Origin: Acinetobacter wanghuae
Lineage (GTDB): Bacteria; Pseudomonadota; Gammaproteobacteria; Pseudomonadales; Moraxellaceae
Length of the DNA: 32,000 nucleotides
Assembly (NCBI RefSeq): GCF_009557235.1
Contig: NZ_CP045650.1
Coordinates: forward strand, 1,980,001 to 2,012,000
Reading direction: 5' to 3'
The position numbers and the translations under genes were made by a program. The number at the start of each line of letters is the position of its first letter. Within the stretch, counting starts at the first letter, position 1. Shown piece after piece: positions 29,340-32,000 of the stretch. The notes beneath the pieces are model-generated. The model saw only the letters and a list, made by a program, of their open reading frames with translations. It was not told the origin of the DNA and made no database searches.

Positions 29340-30170
29340 ATGATTCGTGCGCCCTCACCTTCAAAACTCAACTTGTTTTTACATATCACTGGTCGTCGTG
29401 ACAATGGCTATCATGAATTGCAAAGTATTTTTCAGCTGATTGATTTATGTGATTGGCTTGAGTTTGAGCAAACAGAACGATTAGACATTCAGATCGAAGG
29501 TCTTGAATCGGTGAATTTAGAAAACAATCTGATTTATCGCGCGACTCAAATCTTAAAACCTTATGCGCAAGCTCAATCAGGTTTAAATATTCGCCTTGAA
29601 AAGAATATTCCGATGGGTGCAGGATTGGGCGGTGGTTCATCCAATGCGGCAACAACCCTGATTGTGGTGAATCAATTGTGGCAATGTGGATTAAATACTG
29701 CGCAACTAGCAGATTTAGCCGTGCAGTTGGGCGCAGATGTACCGATTTTTGTGCATGGTAAAAATGCATGGGCAGAAGGTATTGGTGAACACTTAACATT
29801 CATAGACTTAGATCAAAAACAATTCATTGTGCTTAAACCTGACTGTTTTATCAGCACTCAATTGCTTTTTTCACAAAAAACGTTGACAAGAGACACGAAG
29901 CCTACTAAATTTTGCGCCTATCAGGAAACGCCATCTGATTTTAGAAATAACTTTGAGCCATTGGCACGAAGCTTATATCCTGAAGTTGATGAAGCGATGC
30001 AATATTTAGATCAGTTCGGTGTTGCAAAACTTACAGGTACAGGTGCTTGTGTGTTTATTGAAGTAACAGCAAATATGAATATTAAAGATATTCTGACAAA
30101 TTCGCCTTGTACCAGTTACTTGGTCAACAGTTTGAAAGAATCACCTTTGGTTCAGTTTGAGGTTCGTTAG
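29340..30170 (+). CDS. ispE: 4-diphosphocytidyl-2-C-methyl-D-erythritol kinase
   Basis: It has the GHMP kinase motif PMGAGLGGGSSNAA and an N-terminal PSKLNLFLHITGRR. Confidence 0.95.
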   Translation: MIRAPSPSKLNLFLHITGRRDNGYHELQSIFQLIDLCDWLEFEQTERLDIQIEGLESVNLENNLIYRATQILKPYAQAQSGLNIRLEKNIPMGAGLGGGSSNAATTLIVVNQLWQCGLNTAQLADLAVQLGADVPIFVHGKNAWAEGIGEHLTFIDLDQKQFIVLKPDCFISTQLLFSQKTLTRDTKPTKFCAYQETPSDFRNNFEPLARSLYPEVDEAMQYLDQFGVAKLTGTGACVFIEVTANMNIKDILTNSPCTSYLVNSLKESPLVQFEVR

Positions 30171-30243
30171 GGGTATCGCCAAGTGGTAAGGCACCGGGTT
30201 TTGATCTCGGCATCCGTTGGTTCGAATCCAGCTACCCCTGCCA
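30169..30243 (+). tRNA. tRNA-Gln (anticodon UUG), copy 1
   Basis: AGGGGTATCGCCAAGTGGTAAGGCACCGGGTTTTGATCTCGGCATCCGTTGGTTCGAATCCAGCTACCCCTGCCA. The acceptor AGGGGTA pairs with TACCCCT, and the anticodon loop is TT-TTG-AT. It is close to E. coli tRNA-Gln. The first two nt are the AG of the ispE TAG stop codon. Confidence 0.93.
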
Positions 30244-30269
30244 TTTTTCACCTGTAGATGTACTGTATT

Positions 30270-30344
30270 AGGGGTATCGCCAAGTGGTAAGGCACCGGGT
30301 TTTGATCTCGGCATCCGTTGGTTCGAATCCAGCTACCCCTGCCA
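30270..30344 (+). tRNA. tRNA-Gln (UUG), copy 2
   Basis: The 75-nt sequence is identical to copy 1. Confidence 0.93.
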
Positions 30345-30363
30345 TCTTACAGTTTATCAAATT

Positions 30364-30438
30364 AGGGGTATCGCCAAGTGGTAAGGCACCGGGTTTTGAT
30401 CTCGGCATCCGTTGGTTCGAATCCAGCTACCCCTGCCA
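30364..30438 (+). tRNA. tRNA-Gln (UUG), copy 3
   Basis: The 75-nt sequence is identical to copy 1. Confidence 0.93.
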
Positions 30439-30489
30439 TTTTCTCAAAAAAGACAGAGCATCACTTTACGACTCATATGTTAATTAACC

Positions 30490-30518
30490 TTGACATCAAG
30501 CCGTAAAAATATTAAAGT
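30490..30518 (+). promoter_or_regulatory. Internal sigma70 promoter ahead of tRNA-Gln copy 4 (and possibly prs)
   Basis: TTGACA (30490-30495), a 17-nt spacer, TAAAGT (30513-30518), then the GC-rich ctgccgc. It sits in the one long (91-nt) spacer of the tRNA array. Confidence 0.55.
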
Positions 30519-30529
30519 TCTGCCGCATT

Positions 30530-30604
30530 AGGGGTATCGCCAAGTGGTAAGGCACCGGGTTTTGATCTCGGCATCCGTTGGTTCGAATCCAGCTACCCCT
30601 GCCA
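30530..30604 (+). tRNA. tRNA-Gln (UUG), copy 4
   Basis: The 75-nt sequence is identical to copy 1. Confidence 0.93.
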
Positions 30605-30641
30605 TCTTATTCCTACACATTCCAACCGCCAAGGGTGCTTC

Positions 30642-31595
30642 ATGCCCAATCTTGTCGTTTTTAGTGGATCTGCGCATCCACAATTCGCTCAAAAAGTCGT
30701 AAGCCACTTACATATTCCTCTAGGCGCTGCCTCTGTAGGTCAGTTCTCTGATGGCGAAATTGCTGTCGAGATCACTGAAAACGTGCGTGGTAAAGACGTA
30801 TTTATCGTACAGCCTACTTGTGCCCCAACTAACGATAACCTGATGGAAATCTTAGTGATGGCTGACGCATTGCGTCGTGCAAGTGCTGGTCGTATTACTG
30901 CCGTGATTCCTTATTTTGGTTACGCTCGTCAAGACCGTCGTCCACGTTCAAGTCGTGTGCCAATTACTGCTAAAGTTGTTGCAGATATGCTAACAACTGT
31001 GGGTATTGACCGCGTTGTGATGATTGACCTTCACGCTGACCAAATCCAAGGCTTCTTCGATATTCCTGTAGACAACATCTACGGTACACCTGCCCTTCTT
31101 GCTGACCTACGTCAACAGTCGCATCACAACCTTATGGTTGTATCGCCTGACGTTGGCGGTGTGGTACGTGCACGCGCTGTTGCGAAACAAATGGGTGATA
31201 TCGATCTAGCAATCATTGATAAACGTCGTCAAAAAGCAAATGAATCACAAGTGATGCATTTGATTGGTGATGTGAAAGATCGTGATTGTGTCATTGTTGA
31301 TGACATGGTGGATACAGCAGGTACGTTATGTAAAGCTGCCGACGCATTGAAAACTTTCGGTGCGCGTAAAGTGATTGCTTATGCAACTCACCCAGTTTTA
31401 TCTGGCAAAGCCATCGAAAACTTAAAAAATTCTGTGATTGATGAATTGGTTGTAACCGATACCATTCCTCTTTCTGAAGAAGCTTTAGCTCTTGGTAAGA
31501 TTCGCCAAGTTTCAGTTGCGAGTATGGTTGCTGAAACAATTCGTCGTATTAACAACGAAGAATCTATTAGCGCAATGTTCGATTCTTATCTATAA
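30642..31595 (+). CDS. prs: Ribose-phosphate pyrophosphokinase (PRPP synthetase)
   Basis: 317 aa with the PRPP-binding loop [12 protein letters not shown] and the N-terminal FSG..HP.LA pattern. Confidence 0.97.
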   Translation: MPNLVVFSGSAHPQFAQKVVSHLHIPLGAASVGQFSDGEIAVEITENVRGKDVFIVQPTCAPTNDNLMEILVMADALRRASAGRITAVIPYFGYARQDRRPRSSRVPITAKVVADMLTTVGIDRVVMIDLHADQIQGFFDIPVDNIYGTPALLADLRQQSHHNLMVVSPDVGGVVRARAVAKQMGDIDLAIIDKRRQKANESQVMHLIGDVKDRDCVIVDDMVDTAGTLCKAADALKTFGARKVIAYATHPVLSGKAIENLKNSVIDELVVTDTIPLSEEALALGKIRQVSVASMVAETIRRINNEESISAMFDSYL

Positions 31596-31614
31596 TAGAG
31601 CGCTGAAATTCCAA

Positions 31615-31639
31615 AGCCCTGTCATTTGACGGGGCTTTT
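31615..31639 (+). terminator. Rho-independent terminator after prs
   Basis: AGCCCTGTCatttGACGGGGCT (a 9-bp stem with one G-U) followed by tttt. Confidence 0.8.
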
Positions 31640-31692
31640 ACTCACTAGATTGGTCGCAGATCTAGTTAATTAACTTAAATAGGATGTCTATC

Positions 31693-31989
31693 ATGGCAAA
31701 CTTCGTATTAAACGCAGCAGCACGTGAAGAAGCAGTACAAGGGAAAGGTGCGAGCCGCCGCCTTCGTCTTCTTAACAAAGTTCCAGCTATCATCTACGGT
31801 GGCGAAGCTGCTCCTGTTACAGTAACTCTTGAACTTCGTCAGCTTGTTAAAGCTTTAGAAAACAATGCTTTCTTCGAAGAAGTAATTGAAATCAACATCG
31901 ACGGTAAAGTTGAAACTGTTAAAATCCAAGCTTTACAACGTCACCCAGCTAAAAACACACCAATGCACGCTGACTTCAAACGCGCATAA
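31693..31989 (+). CDS. rplY: 50S ribosomal protein L25 (short, E. coli-like form)
   Basis: GKGASRRLR..NK.PAIIYGG.. is collinear with E. coli L25. The ATG at 31693 has an AGGA about 8 nt upstream; the track's start at 31684 overlaps that Shine-Dalgarno. Confidence 0.9.
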   Translation: MANFVLNAAAREEAVQGKGASRRLRLLNKVPAIIYGGEAAPVTVTLELRQLVKALENNAFFEEVIEINIDGKVETVKIQALQRHPAKNTPMHADFKRA

Positions 31990-32000
31990 GTGTTAATGGT

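Noticed and set aside
30284-30487. 67-aa ORF spanning tRNA-Gln copies 2-3; I also briefly considered the four regularly spaced identical repeats as a CRISPR-like array
   Set aside because: The repeats are 75 nt long and fold into a canonical tRNA-Gln cloverleaf. The spacers are irregular (26, 19 and 91 nt), and there are no cas genes. The ORF is an artefact of reading through tRNAs.
31636-31692. Short palindromes upstream of rplY (CTAGAT..ATCTAG, TTAATTAA), considered as a possible L25 autoregulatory site
   Set aside because: The stems are only 6 bp or AT-only and have no known precedent, which is too weak to report.

Overview
This window is mostly a core chromosomal segment of a gammaproteobacterium with roughly 40% GC. 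Gene content and order suggest Moraxellaceae, most likely Acinetobacter; that is inference, no search was run. Recognisable blocks are rlmE-ftsH-(yitT-like)-folP on the minus strand, yhbY, carA-carB-greA, coaD-yfhL-rnpB-tRNA-Met, smpB, the bamD / rluD-pgeF divergent pair, dnaG, hemA, and TPR-lolB-ispE-4x tRNA-Gln-prs-rplY. Two stretches look accessory. (1) About 15.63-17.97 kb lies between the greA terminator and the 3' flank of tRNA-Met. It holds a cluster of REP-like hairpins, a Vat/XAT-type acetyltransferase and a markedly AT-rich KAP-family P-loop NTPase with a hydrophobic insert, which resembles the single-gene Tmn-type anti-phage NTPases. This is the best candidate for an uncharacterised defence function. 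(2) About 0.8-4.0 kb lies between a CorC/HlyC-type gene and folP. It holds two diverged paralogous 4-TM proteins flanking a self-contained tRNA-Leu(UAA) unit, plus three small unannotatable ORFs. Smaller points: a nested terminator-like structure in the carA leader, a tRNA-Gln whose 5' end lies inside the ispE stop codon, rnpB packed between yfhL and tRNA-Met, and a long DnaG linker with a duplicated DPFAxF motif. All calls rest on reading the sequence and the ORF translations. No database search, alignment or folding program was run, and RNA ends are good to a few nt only.
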